From the NCBI GenBank assembly GCA_965223545.1, contig OZ245006.1, forward strand, positions 6,944,001 to 7,008,000: a stretch of DNA of 64,000 bases. Direction: 5' to 3'. The position numbers and the translations under genes were made by a program. This document shows positions 17,736 to 28,885 of this stretch, one piece after another. The stretch's first letter is position 1. Each line of letters starts with the position of its first letter. This DNA is from Planctomycetota bacterium. Its GTDB lineage: Bacteria; Planctomycetota; UBA1135; UBA2386. The notes beneath the pieces are model-generated. The model did no database searches. It worked only from the letters and a program-made list of their open reading frames with translations, and was not told where the DNA came from.

Positions 17736-19280
17736 ATGAAGCGTGGTGCGTCCCGGCGCAGGTGGCTTTTGCAATCGGCCTCCGCCTTGGTAGTCGGTGC
17801 GCTCGGCGGTGGGGCATGGGCGCAGACACCGTCCCCGCCGCCGGGAATGAAGGCGATCGACGTCGCGGGCCTGCGCGAGCACGCCACCTACTTGGCCTCC
17901 GACGAGCTCGGCGGCCGCTACACCGGGAGCGCGGGGCAGGTCGCGGCCGCCGAGTACGTCGCCGCGCGCTTCGCCGAGCTGGGGCTGCAGCCGTTGGGCG
18001 ACAAGGGGCGTTCCGGCCGGAGCTTCTTCCAGGAGTATCCGGTGGAGCGCGAAAGCCTCGACCCGAAGAAGACGTGGGTGTCGATCGATGGCGAAAAGAT
18101 CGCCTCGGGCTTCGCGGTGATCCGCGGCAAGAAGGCGGGCGTCACCGCCGCCAAGGGCGCGATCGCGTTCTGCGGCGATGGCAGCCCCGACGAGATTCCC
18201 CGCGGCAACCTGCGTCGTGCCGTGCCGTTGGTGCTGCTCGACGATCCGACCGACGACGGACCGATGGGCGCGATGCGCGCCGTGCGCGTGCTGCAACGGG
18301 CGGGGCAGATCAGCCGTGAGTTGGCCGGGCGGGGCGCGCGCTTGGTGTTGTTCGGTCTGCTGCGGACGGGTGGTGTTGCGGATTCACTCAACGCAACCGC
18401 CCTGCTTCCCGACAAGCCCCTGCTGCGGTTTGGCAACGAGGCCGGCCGGCACGCGCAGCCGCATGCCGTGCCGTCGGTGTTTCTCGGCCGGCCGCTGGCT
18501 GTGCGGATGCTGAGCCAGCTGGGCTTCGACGTCGACGACACCGAGGTCGTCGCGCCTGCGACACCGCGCAAGGTGTCGGCATCGGTTTCGGTCGGCGTGC
18601 GGCACGAGCCGCGCGCGACCGCGCGCAATGTGGTCGCGTGGTTGGCGGGAGGGCGTGCCAGCAAGGAGGCCGTGGTGTACTCGGCGCACATGGACCACAT
18701 GGGCACGCGGCTCGATGGAGACGCCTTCAACGGCGCCGACGACAACGCTTCCGGTACAGCTGGCTTGCTGGAGATCGCCGAGGCGTTTGCCGCCTCTGAG
18801 CCGCCCGAACGGTCGATCGTCTTCCTATCGGTCTCGGGCGAAGAGCTGGGGCTGTGGGGTTCGGCGTACTTCACCGAGCATCCGACGTGGCCGCTGAAGC
18901 GCATCGTCGCCAACATCAACATCGACATGATCGGCCGCAACGCGGCCGATTCGATCGAAGTGACGCCGAGTCACGCGCACGCCGACTACTCGACCCTGGT
19001 GCGCACCGCCGTCGAGCTCGGCGCGCGCTTGGGAATCGGCTTCGTCAGCGGCGACAAGTACTACAAGCGCAGCGACCACTACAACTTCGCCCAGCGGGGC
19101 ATACCCGTGGTGTTCTTCTGCGATGGCGAGCACGAGGACTACCACAAGGTGTCCGATCACGCCGAGCTGCTCGACTACGACAAGATGGCGCGCGTCGCCC
19201 AACTGGCCTACTGGACCGGCTGGGAGGTCGCGCAGGCGAGGGGGCGGCCGCGGGCGCTCGGCAGTCAGCCGAGCTGGTGA
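17736..19280 (+). CDS. Exported M28-family metallopeptidase
   Basis: Tat-like SRRRWL signal; AHMDH, GADDNASG, GEELGLWGS, NIDMIG, RSDHYNF, DYH. Confidence 0.9.
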   Translation: MKRGASRRRWLLQSASALVVGALGGGAWAQTPSPPPGMKAIDVAGLREHATYLASDELGGRYTGSAGQVAAAEYVAARFAELGLQPLGDKGRSGRSFFQEYPVERESLDPKKTWVSIDGEKIASGFAVIRGKKAGVTAAKGAIAFCGDGSPDEIPRGNLRRAVPLVLLDDPTDDGPMGAMRAVRVLQRAGQISRELAGRGARLVLFGLLRTGGVADSLNATALLPDKPLLRFGNEAGRHAQPHAVPSVFLGRPLAVRMLSQLGFDVDDTEVVAPATPRKVSASVSVGVRHEPRATARNVVAWLAGGRASKEAVVYSAHMDHMGTRLDGDAFNGADDNASGTAGLLEIAEAFAASEPPERSIVFLSVSGEELGLWGSAYFTEHPTWPLKRIVANINIDMIGRNAADSIEVTPSHAHADYSTLVRTAVELGARLGIGFVSGDKYYKRSDHYNFAQRGIPVVFFCDGEHEDYHKVSDHAELLDYDKMARVAQLAYWTGWEVAQARGRPRALGSQPSW

Positions 19281-20389
19281 GTCGCCTCCAGCACGGCGTC
19301 GGCGACTTGCTGCAGCTCGTCTTCGCGCAGCTCGGGGAAGATCGGCAGGGCCAAGTTGGTGCCGGCGGCCTGCTCGGCGGTTGCGAACTCGCCTGGTTCG
19401 TGCCCGAGCGAGCGGAAGCACGGCTGCAAGTGGAACGGCAGTGGATAGTAGATCGCGCAGCCGATCTCTTGCTGGCGTAGCGCTTGGTGCACGCGGTCTC
19501 GGGTCGGTCGATCGGTGCAGTGGATGACGAACTGGTTGTAGGCGTGCCGGTCGGCAACGTCCGTCGGTAGCCGTAGGGCTGCGCAATCGGCGAGACGCTC
19601 GCGATAGCGGGCCGCGTTGGTCCGGCGGGCCTCGGTGAACGTCTCGAGGTGGCGCAGCCTGACCGAGAGCACGGCGGCCTGCAACGCGTCGATGCGGAAG
19701 TTGCCGCCGACGAACTCGTGTTCGTACGCCGAGGTCTGGCCGTGATTGCGCATGCGCAGCATGCGCTCGGCGAAGGCGTCGTCGTCCGTGCACAGGAACC
19801 CGCCGTCCCCGGGGCCGCCGAGGTTCTTGCTCGGAAATGTCGAGAAGCAACCACACAGGCCGATCGAGCCGGCGGCGCGGCCGTCGACCCGGGTGCCGAT
19901 CGCCTGCGCGGCGTCTTCGATCAGCGGCACGTCGTGCCGGGCGAGCAGCGCGGCGATCTCGGTGACTCCGGCGGCGCTTCCGTACAGGTGCACGAAGATC
20001 GCGGCCTTCGGTTTCGGACCGCTGCTCAGCGCGGCTTCGAGCTGGCCCCGGTCCAGGTTGCACCAGGTCGGCTCGATGTCGACGAACACCGGCGTTGCTC
20101 CCAAGCGCGCGACTACGCCGGCCGTGGCGAAGAACGAGTACACCGGCATCAGCACGCGGTCGCCGGGGCCGACGTCGAGGCCCATCAGTGCGGCCAGCAG
20201 TGCGTCCGTGCCCGAGGACATGCCGATCACGTGGCGGACACCGAGGTAGTCGGCGAGCTGTCGCTCGAACGCGGTGACCTCGTCGCCCAGGATGTAGCGC
20301 CCGCTGCGCAGCACGCGCAGCGCGGCCGCTTCGATCTCGGACTGCAGAGTCTCGTAACTACGCTTAAGGTCGAGCAGCGGGACGGCCAT
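19265..20389 (-). CDS. DegT/DnrJ/EryC1/StrS sugar aminotransferase
   Basis: SSGTDAL, VHLYG, IEDAAQAIG, STFPSKNLG, NFRIDALQA. Confidence 0.95.
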   Translation of the reverse strand: MAVPLLDLKRSYETLQSEIEAAALRVLRSGRYILGDEVTAFERQLADYLGVRHVIGMSSGTDALLAALMGLDVGPGDRVLMPVYSFFATAGVVARLGATPVFVDIEPTWCNLDRGQLEAALSSGPKPKAAIFVHLYGSAAGVTEIAALLARHDVPLIEDAAQAIGTRVDGRAAGSIGLCGCFSTFPSKNLGGPGDGGFLCTDDDAFAERMLRMRNHGQTSAYEHEFVGGNFRIDALQAAVLSVRLRHLETFTEARRTNAARYRERLADCAALRLPTDVADRHAYNQFVIHCTDRPTRDRVHQALRQQEIGCAIYYPLPFHLQPCFRSLGHEPGEFATAEQAAGTNLALPIFPELREDELQQVADAVLEATHQLG

Positions 20390-20463
20390 CGCAGGACTAT
20401 AGACCGCGCGACGGTTGGAATCTGCGCGCTGCGCCGCGGGCTGGGCCGCGGCTGGCGCGGTGG

Positions 20464-23400
20464 TCAGGCGCCCAACTGCTCGGCGATGGCCCGCACCGAA
20501 CCGGTCAGCAGCTCGACGGTGGCGATCGACCGCAACCGTTCCTCCGGGAACGTCGGCTGGGTCTCGGTGACCGCGTTGCGCAGCGTGTCGTAGCGGTTGC
20601 GGTAGCCGCGCAGCACGCCCCGCAGGGCGGGCACGGACAGCGAATCGGCGAGCTGCACGTGGAGCAGGGTCAGGCCGACCGTGGCGCCGTCGTGTACCTC
20701 GGGCACCAGGATGACCGTGCGTTGGTCGCTGGCGCCGGTGGCCACCAGAGTGCGTCGCTCGGTGGCGACCTGGTGCTTGGTACCGCGCAGTCGGGGGTCC
20801 TCGGCCGTGCGCGACGGGATCTCGGAGCCGAGCCCACCGCTGTCGATGACGTGGATGCTGGCGCCGTGATCGGCCGTGTCACCGTCGATGCGATAGCGCG
20901 TATGGCCGAGCACGCGGTCGAGCGCCGGACTCAGCGCTGCCAGGGTCTTCAGCTCGCGATAGCTGAGGTGGTCGCGCGGACAGCCGCTCTCCAGAACGGC
21001 GCGGATCAGCGGTGCGCCAAGCAGCTCCTCGTCGGAGCGCGAGATGCCGACGGTGACGGTCTTGGCCTGGTGCTTGATCGCGTCCACCGGCCGCGTCAGC
21101 TCCTCGATGGCGCGCGTCAGCGCCGCCGTGAGCTCCTCGATGACCACGCTGGGCGTGCCGACGCGGCCGTGTTCGGTGTCGTAGGCCTCGAGGGGCACGG
21201 AGCCCTGGGCGTAGCGCAGCGCGGACGCGAGGCGCACGCCGGTGCTGGCTTCCATCTGACCGTCGAGGCTGCCGCGCTGAAGGTCCTGGAAGAAGCGAGC
21301 CGCGGGCTTGGCCAAGTCCCTCCACAGCGAGCCCAACAGGTCGTCGCCGGTGTAGGTCGTCGATGCCAAGCGCTCGATCGCCGCCCGCATCTCGCGCAGC
21401 GGCTTGGCCAGGCCGTCGATCGCGAGCGCGGCCTCGTAGCCGAACAGGTGGCCGACGACGGCGGCGAGGACGAAATCCAACGACGGGTGCACGGCGGGCA
21501 CCGCGAACACGTCCAGCGCCGCCGCGAAACGCTGTTGCCCCTCGGTGGCGACCACCAGCGGGGCCGCCTTGTGGGCGCGGTAGATCGCCACTTCCTTGGC
21601 GACGTCGTCCGCCGTCGAGCCCGACAAGCCGGGGGTGCAGACCAGGATCAGCGGTTCGGCCGACAGATCGATGTGCTTCTTGTCTTCGGTCGCATCACAC
21701 GCGATGGACTTGTAGCAGAGCTCCGACAACTTGATGCGGATCTCCTGCGCCGCGATGCGGTTGTTGCCGTTGCCGACCACTGCCCAGTAGCGACGGCGCG
21801 GGGCGTGCTCGGCGGCGGCGGCGGCGATCTGCGCGCGCTTGTCGAGCGTGGACTGCATCGCGTCGGGCATGCTGCGCAGCGCGCTCAACAGCTCGTGCTG
21901 CCAAGCCTCGTCGCAGCGGCCGGTTTCCTCCGCCAGCGCACAGGCGAGCAACGCGCCGGCGGCGACCTGCGCGTAGAAGGCCTTGGTCGACGCGACGCTC
22001 ATCTCGACGTCGCGGCCATCGGAGGTGTAGAGCACGCCGTCGGCCTTGTCGCACAGGTCGCTGCTGCGACGGTTGACGATGCCGATCACCGTCGCGCCCC
22101 GCCCGCGCACCAGATCGACCGTGCGGTTGGTGTCGGTGGTGGTTCCCGACTGGCTGATGGCGACCACCAAGGTGTCGCTCATGTCCTCGCGCATGCGGAA
22201 GCCGGACAGCTCGGTGGCCGGCAGCGCGGTGACTTGCAGGTCGGTGCGGGCCAGTGCCTCGGTCATCAGCGCGGCGACCCCCTGGCCCGCCACCGCCGCA
22301 GTGCCTTGGCCGATGACCAGCAGCTGGCGGAAGCCGTTGCGCCGCAGCTTGTGGCGCACCTGGGGCGACAGCGTCTCGTCGCCGAGGACGACGTGCAGGC
22401 GCTCGCCGCGTTCGGCGATCTTGCCGCGCAGGGTCTTGCGGAAGGACCGCGGTGCCTCGGAGATCTCCTTCAGCAGAAAATGGCGAAACTCACCGCGGTC
22501 GATGTCGCGCGTGGTGACCTGGGCGGAGGCGACCTCTGCTTCCCTGAGCGGTAGCTCGGTGCCGTCGTAGGCGATGCGCCGCATGCCCTCGAGTGAGCCA
22601 GCGAGAGCCTTGTCGAGCACCAGGATCTGGCCCTGGCTGGCGGCTGGGTTCTCCGGGTTGCCGGGGGTTTCGCCGTCCATCCGCACATAGGCCTGGGTCT
22701 CCTCGACCACGCCGTAGGGTTCGCTGGCGACGATGTAGGCGTCTTCGCACAGGCCGACGTAAAGCGCCTGACCGCTGCCGCGCAGCGCGAGGAGGATGCG
22801 GTCGGGGTGGTCGGCAGCGTGGGCGGCGATCGCGACCGAGCCGACGAACGACGACACCGTGCGCCGGAACGCTTCGGTCAGCTCGCTGCCAGAGTTCAGC
22901 TGCCGCGAGACCAGCACCGGGATCACCTTGGCGTCGGTGGTGATCTCCGGTTCGACGCTGATCTGCTCGCGCGCCTTGATGTCGGCGTAGTTGTCGACGT
23001 CGCCGTTGAGCGCGGCGGTCACGTAGGGACCACCGTCGCGCGTCTGCTCCTCGTGATTCACGGGGTGGGCGTTGGGCTGGCTGATGATGCCAACGCTCGC
23101 CCAGCGCGTATGACCGAGGACGACCGCCTCGGCGTCCTGGTTCTGCAGGGCGAGGTGCAGCAGGACGTCGTCGCGGATCGCGGTGCGCAGCGCCCGGCAG
23201 TTGTCGCCGAGCTCGCCGATCTCGGCCGCTGCCTTGTAGACGAAGGCCAAGTGACCCGCCGGCGTTCGCACCGCGCGCGAGGTGAACAGCCGGTCGGTTG
23301 CCCGCGCCGCCAACAGCTCGTGCTGGGTGCTCAGGTCGAGTCCATGGCCGGTCACCAGCAAGTGCAGTCCGGCCGAATCGCGGCCGCGGACCTCGAGCCG

Positions 23401-23886
23401 ATCCAGAGACGAGAGCGCCATCTGCACCGAGTGGAACGCGGCGATCGCCGCCGGCTTGGCATCCACGCCGGCCAGGTCGGCCACCGCCCGGGCGGTGTGC
23501 AGCCGATCGTTGGCGACGGTCCAAACGGCGTCCTTGAGCCGGACCAGCGCCGCGTTGAGCTGCTCGAGCGTGCCGCCGTCGAGGCCGGCTTCGCCCGCGT
23601 CCAGCATGGTCTCCAGCCGCTCGATCCGCTCTTGGCAGGCGGCGGCGACGGTCTCGATGTGGTGCTCGAGGTCGGGGTCGGCAAGCAAACAGCGGGTTCC
23701 GGTGGGGCCCCACAGGCTCTGCGCGCAGCTCTCCAGTTGTTCGCTGGCGGCGATCAGCCGCTCACTCTCCAGGCCACAGCCGTCGGGGAGCTGGGCCAGC
23801 GCCGCGTCGATCGACCGGCGGACGTCGGCGCTCGCCGGGACCGGGCGGTCCGTCCGGCGGCGCAACACCGCGATGATTCCACACAT
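20464..23886 (-). CDS. glmS: Extended glutamine-fructose-6-phosphate amidotransferase (GlmS-like), 1140 aa
   Basis: MCGII (Ntn Cys), RGRDSAG, GHTRWAS, NAHP, ISQSGTTTDT, SVASTKAF, KLSE, DKKH, AKTVT. Confidence 0.8.
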   Translation of the reverse strand: MCGIIAVLRRRTDRPVPASADVRRSIDAALAQLPDGCGLESERLIAASEQLESCAQSLWGPTGTRCLLADPDLEHHIETVAAACQERIERLETMLDAGEAGLDGGTLEQLNAALVRLKDAVWTVANDRLHTARAVADLAGVDAKPAAIAAFHSVQMALSSLDRLEVRGRDSAGLHLLVTGHGLDLSTQHELLAARATDRLFTSRAVRTPAGHLAFVYKAAAEIGELGDNCRALRTAIRDDVLLHLALQNQDAEAVVLGHTRWASVGIISQPNAHPVNHEEQTRDGGPYVTAALNGDVDNYADIKAREQISVEPEITTDAKVIPVLVSRQLNSGSELTEAFRRTVSSFVGSVAIAAHAADHPDRILLALRGSGQALYVGLCEDAYIVASEPYGVVEETQAYVRMDGETPGNPENPAASQGQILVLDKALAGSLEGMRRIAYDGTELPLREAEVASAQVTTRDIDRGEFRHFLLKEISEAPRSFRKTLRGKIAERGERLHVVLGDETLSPQVRHKLRRNGFRQLLVIGQGTAAVAGQGVAALMTEALARTDLQVTALPATELSGFRMREDMSDTLVVAISQSGTTTDTNRTVDLVRGRGATVIGIVNRRSSDLCDKADGVLYTSDGRDVEMSVASTKAFYAQVAAGALLACALAEETGRCDEAWQHELLSALRSMPDAMQSTLDKRAQIAAAAAEHAPRRRYWAVVGNGNNRIAAQEIRIKLSELCYKSIACDATEDKKHIDLSAEPLILVCTPGLSGSTADDVAKEVAIYRAHKAAPLVVATEGQQRFAAALDVFAVPAVHPSLDFVLAAVVGHLFGYEAALAIDGLAKPLREMRAAIERLASTTYTGDDLLGSLWRDLAKPAARFFQDLQRGSLDGQMEASTGVRLASALRYAQGSVPLEAYDTEHGRVGTPSVVIEELTAALTRAIEELTRPVDAIKHQAKTVTVGISRSDEELLGAPLIRAVLESGCPRDHLSYRELKTLAALSPALDRVLGHTRYRIDGDTADHGASIHVIDSGGLGSEIPSRTAEDPRLRGTKHQVATERRTLVATGASDQRTVILVPEVHDGATVGLTLLHVQLADSLSVPALRGVLRGYRNRYDTLRNAVTETQPTFPEERLRSIATVELLTGSVRAIAEQLGA

Positions 23887-23889
23887 GAT

Positions 23890-25080
23890 CTAGCTCTTCT
23901 CCGTTGCCGAGAACTGCGGCAGGCAGCGCCGCAAGTGCTCGGCCAGCTCTGGCTCCGCGCTGTTCGCCAGCGCCGATGCGCACCGTTCGAGCCAGGCAAC
24001 CAGCCACCCGGGCGCGGCCCTGGGCCCAACCTTCCATCGGCTCGCGGGGTCGGCCAGCTGGACCGACAGGAAGTCGCAAACCACGCGTCCCATGGCGGCT
24101 TTGTTGTGGGGCTGGGCGCGGAGATCGGCGAGCAACCCCGCGGCGGTGTCGGTGTCGAGCGCCGCCGAGTGCCGGCCGTCGAGACCGGCCGTGACGCGGT
24201 CCGCCGTGATCGCCAGAAACAGATCGCCGTGCCGGCAGGAGCGGACCGACACCGCTGCGTCGGCGTCGACGCTGGCGACCGGCCCCAACGTCGATGGGGG
24301 CGCGTTCCGCAGGGCATCGGCGACGGCGGCACGGAGGGCGGCGATGGCGGCGCTGTTGTCGTCGGCGCGGGCTTCGTAGCCGTGTTGTTCACCATCGGTC
24401 CACGCCGCCACCCCGCGCAGGGCGACCTCGGCCTCGCGCCGGCCCCAGGCGTCGCCACACCAGCTGGCCCGCAGCGCGAGGGCGTCGAGCAGCGTGTTGA
24501 GACCGTGCGCGTCGCCGGTTTCGGCGAGCAGGGCCGCAGCGCGGACGCGCACCCGCGGGTCGGGATCGTCGTCGGTGAGGCGGCGCAAGGCCGCTCGCCC
24601 CGCTGCTGCATCGAGCGCCCGCAACCCGCGGGCAGCCTGCAAACGATACAGATGGCTCGGGTCGTCGACGCCACGGCGGAAGAGCTCCAGATCCGCCGGC
24701 GCGGCGCGGTTGGCCAGGCCACCGAGGGCGTGCGAGCGCCAGTAGAAAGACGGGTCCTCGGCCCAGTCGCGCAGCAGCGCGCGGATCGCGTCGCCGTCTG
24801 TGTCGGCGTTGGCGATGCTCTCGACCAACGTCTGGGGCAGGGCGTCCGTGCCCTGGGTCTCGGCGTAGGCGCGGATCGCCGGCACAGCGGCATCCCCGGC
24901 GGCCGCGATCTTCTTGCCGACCGCCAGCCGCATGCCGTAGCGCCGGTGCTCGCAGGCCTTGCGCACCGCCTCGTGCCAATCTTCGCCGCCGGTGGGCGGC
25001 TGGCTGGCGACGGGGGCCACCGGTAGCGCAATCGCGAGGCCTGCGGCGAGCCATGTGGGCGCATCGAACCAACGCTTCAT
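23890..25080 (-). CDS. Exported HEAT-repeat protein
   Basis: Signal peptide; helical repeats DPSFYWRSHA, DPSHLYRLQAA, DPDPRVRVRAA. Confidence 0.75.
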   Translation of the reverse strand: MKRWFDAPTWLAAGLAIALPVAPVASQPPTGGEDWHEAVRKACEHRRYGMRLAVGKKIAAAGDAAVPAIRAYAETQGTDALPQTLVESIANADTDGDAIRALLRDWAEDPSFYWRSHALGGLANRAAPADLELFRRGVDDPSHLYRLQAARGLRALDAAAGRAALRRLTDDDPDPRVRVRAAALLAETGDAHGLNTLLDALALRASWCGDAWGRREAEVALRGVAAWTDGEQHGYEARADDNSAAIAALRAAVADALRNAPPSTLGPVASVDADAAVSVRSCRHGDLFLAITADRVTAGLDGRHSAALDTDTAAGLLADLRAQPHNKAAMGRVVCDFLSVQLADPASRWKVGPRAAPGWLVAWLERCASALANSAEPELAEHLRRCLPQFSATEKS

Positions 25081-25151
25081 CGCTGGAGCGTATCGCGGTC
25101 CCGGCGCGGTCGGTAGCCGCTGGGCGTGAGGCCGCCGCGCGGCGCCGCCAG

Positions 25152-27383
25152 CTACGGCGCGGCGACCAGCACGGTGTCGCCCAGCGATCGCCGGTCCGCG
25201 TAGAAAAGCTCGAGCTCCGGCAGCGTCTTCGGCTCGAACCCCGGGCAGCTGGCGCGCAGGATGTGCCGGCCGGCGGGTAGGGTCATCGTGAAATGGCCGT
25301 CGTCGCCCGTGAGCACCATGGTGACCGGCTCCTCACCCCACCGGTCGGTCCGCGATGCCCGTACCTGGGCGTGCGCGGTGGGGTGACCGTCGGCATCGAC
25401 GATGCGACCCGAGAGCACCGCCGCCGGCAGCTCGGCGGGCGTGATCTCGACCGCGAACTCCGCGCTGTCGAGGGTGACGCCGAGCAAGCGACGGACCGGC
25501 GTCGCGGTGTCGGTGTGCACCGAGATCGCCCGTGAGATGCTGATGTCGTAGCGGCCGGTGGACTGGCCGGCGAACACCGCGCGACCATCGGCATCCGTTT
25601 GGGTTGCGGCGACGGGCCGGCCGTGCTCTCCCTCGCGGTAGAGCTGGATGCCGAAGGCGCCCGGCTGCGTGGGGCAGTGCACGCGGACGCGGAGAGCTTC
25701 TTCGGGCACGGGCCAGTGGTACTCGACGCCGGCCGCGACCGTGATCTCGCGGTTGGCGGTGAAACCGCCGTCGCGGCGTCCGACGCTCAGGTGATAGGTG
25801 CCGGGTGCGAGGCCCTCGAGGACGCAGCGCCCCCCGCTTGAGTTGACCCGCGGCGACAGCCAGCGGCGCATTACCCGTGGAATGGGCGCGCGCGGCGATG
25901 CGGCGAGCCAGTAGTCGCCCGGGACGACGACGGGCAGCTGCGCGGTGACTCGGGCGGCGAGGTCGAGGGTCACATCGAGCACGAGATCGCGTTCGACCGA
26001 GATCGGATGCCTGGTGGCGGCGTGTGCGCGGTCGCTCGACTTGGCCCAGATCACGTAGTCGCCGGGGGCGACGTCGGCGGCGACGAGGGCGTTCCCCTCG
26101 TCGCGGCGCAGCGGGATCGGCGCGGCCGAGCGCACCGGGACCAGGATCGCCTCCGGGCCGAGCGCCGGGCCGCTGAGGGTGATCAGCCGCAGCTGCACCG
26201 TGTGGCCGGGGGGCCGCAGGGCGAACTCGACCTCGACGTCGACCCCCGGACGCGCGATCACCGAGCGGCAGTGCGACGCCGCGTGGCCCGCGGCGACGGC
26301 GTGCAGCTCGAGCCGGGGCGCGACCCCAGTCGCCACGAAGCGGCCATCGGCACCGGTCTGGGTGATCGGCTTCGCCAGTGCGCCGGCGTTGCGGCCCATG
26401 ACGGTGGCGCCGGCGACCGGGATGCCGCTGTGGTCCACGACGATGCCGTAGAGCCGAATGCCGGTGCGCGCGGCGCGCCCGCCGATGGGTGGACTCGGGT
26501 CGGCCGCGGCGGCGTGTCGCGGGCCGGCTTCGCGGCGCGCGGTCGAAGTGACGGGCGCGGCCGCGCGCGCGGTGGTCGGCGCGGCGGCGGTGCCGGGTTC
26601 CGGGGGGTGGGGCGTCGGGTCGTCGCCGGCGAACGCGCCGCTCCCGGCCCAGACCGCCAGACTCGCCGCCACCGCGGCGCCGGCCGCCATGACCCAGAGG
26701 CCGCCGCCGCCAGTGCTGGCCGCGGCGGTCGTCGTCAGCGGCGCGGGGCGGCTCTGCGCGTGCTGCAGGACGACGCGGCGCATCGCCGGCAGGCCGCGGC
26801 CCGGCGCTGCCGACGCGCTGGCGCCGATCGCGCCAACCGTCACCACCGGCAACGCGCTGCGCACCAGGGCGAGACCGCGGGCGATCTGCGACCGCACCGT
26901 GCTCGGGTGCCGGTGGAGGTCGGCGGCGATCTCTTGCGGCCGCGCACCGTCCAGGTACGAGTGCAGCACGGGCTGCCAGGTCGCCGGCAGCTGGGCGATG
27001 CAGTGCAGCAGCGATTGCTCGAGCTCGGCGGTCTGCGCGGCGCTCGGCGGGGTCACCGGCGCCGCGCGCGGCAGGCGGTCGGTGTCGAGGGCGCGGAGGC
27101 CCCGCCGCCGCGCGGCGCGCGCGTGGTTGGCGAGGATGCCGACCAGCCACGGCATTACCCGGAGCTTGGGGTCGAAGTCGTCGACCGCGCCGATCGCCGT
27201 GACGAAGGTGTCCTGCACCAGGTCCTCGGCGCTCGCCTCGCTGGATGCCAGGTGCCGTGCCAGCGCGAGCAGCTCGCTGGCGCAGCAGTCGAACACGACC
27301 GCCAGCTGGCCGGGATCGGTGGTCTGCTGGTAACGGCGAAAGGCCCTGTCTGGCTTGCTGGAAAACATCCGACTGCGCAGCAT
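25152..27383 (-). CDS. Second ECF sigma-70 factor with TM segment and carboxypeptidase-regulatory-like repeats
   Basis: AEDLVQDTFVTA, MPWLVGILAN, EIAADL..STVRSQIARGL, hydrophobic LWVMAAGAAVAASLAVW, GIVVDHSGIPVAGA, GRIVDADGHP; start 27383 or 27368. Confidence 0.85.
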   Translation of the reverse strand: MLRSRMFSSKPDRAFRRYQQTTDPGQLAVVFDCCASELLALARHLASSEASAEDLVQDTFVTAIGAVDDFDPKLRVMPWLVGILANHARAARRRGLRALDTDRLPRAAPVTPPSAAQTAELEQSLLHCIAQLPATWQPVLHSYLDGARPQEIAADLHRHPSTVRSQIARGLALVRSALPVVTVGAIGASASAAPGRGLPAMRRVVLQHAQSRPAPLTTTAAASTGGGGLWVMAAGAAVAASLAVWAGSGAFAGDDPTPHPPEPGTAAAPTTARAAAPVTSTARREAGPRHAAAADPSPPIGGRAARTGIRLYGIVVDHSGIPVAGATVMGRNAGALAKPITQTGADGRFVATGVAPRLELHAVAAGHAASHCRSVIARPGVDVEVEFALRPPGHTVQLRLITLSGPALGPEAILVPVRSAAPIPLRRDEGNALVAADVAPGDYVIWAKSSDRAHAATRHPISVERDLVLDVTLDLAARVTAQLPVVVPGDYWLAASPRAPIPRVMRRWLSPRVNSSGGRCVLEGLAPGTYHLSVGRRDGGFTANREITVAAGVEYHWPVPEEALRVRVHCPTQPGAFGIQLYREGEHGRPVAATQTDADGRAVFAGQSTGRYDISISRAISVHTDTATPVRRLLGVTLDSAEFAVEITPAELPAAVLSGRIVDADGHPTAHAQVRASRTDRWGEEPVTMVLTGDDGHFTMTLPAGRHILRASCPGFEPKTLPELELFYADRRSLGDTVLVAAP

Positions 27384-27449
27384 CGTGAGACCTTGGACCC
27401 GAGGGGGCGGAGGTGCTCCGCGATTCTCTCCAGTGTAGCCCGGCAGGCC

Positions 27450-28769
<1,320 letters not shown>

Positions 28770-28885
28770 TCGGTGGCTCCTGCGGCGTGGGGGGTGCGGT
28801 GGCACGGGGGTGCGCGTCGGGCCGGGTGTACGGGGCGTGTCGCGGCCGTGCAAGGAGGCGGGTGATCGCTATCGTGCGAGGTCGC

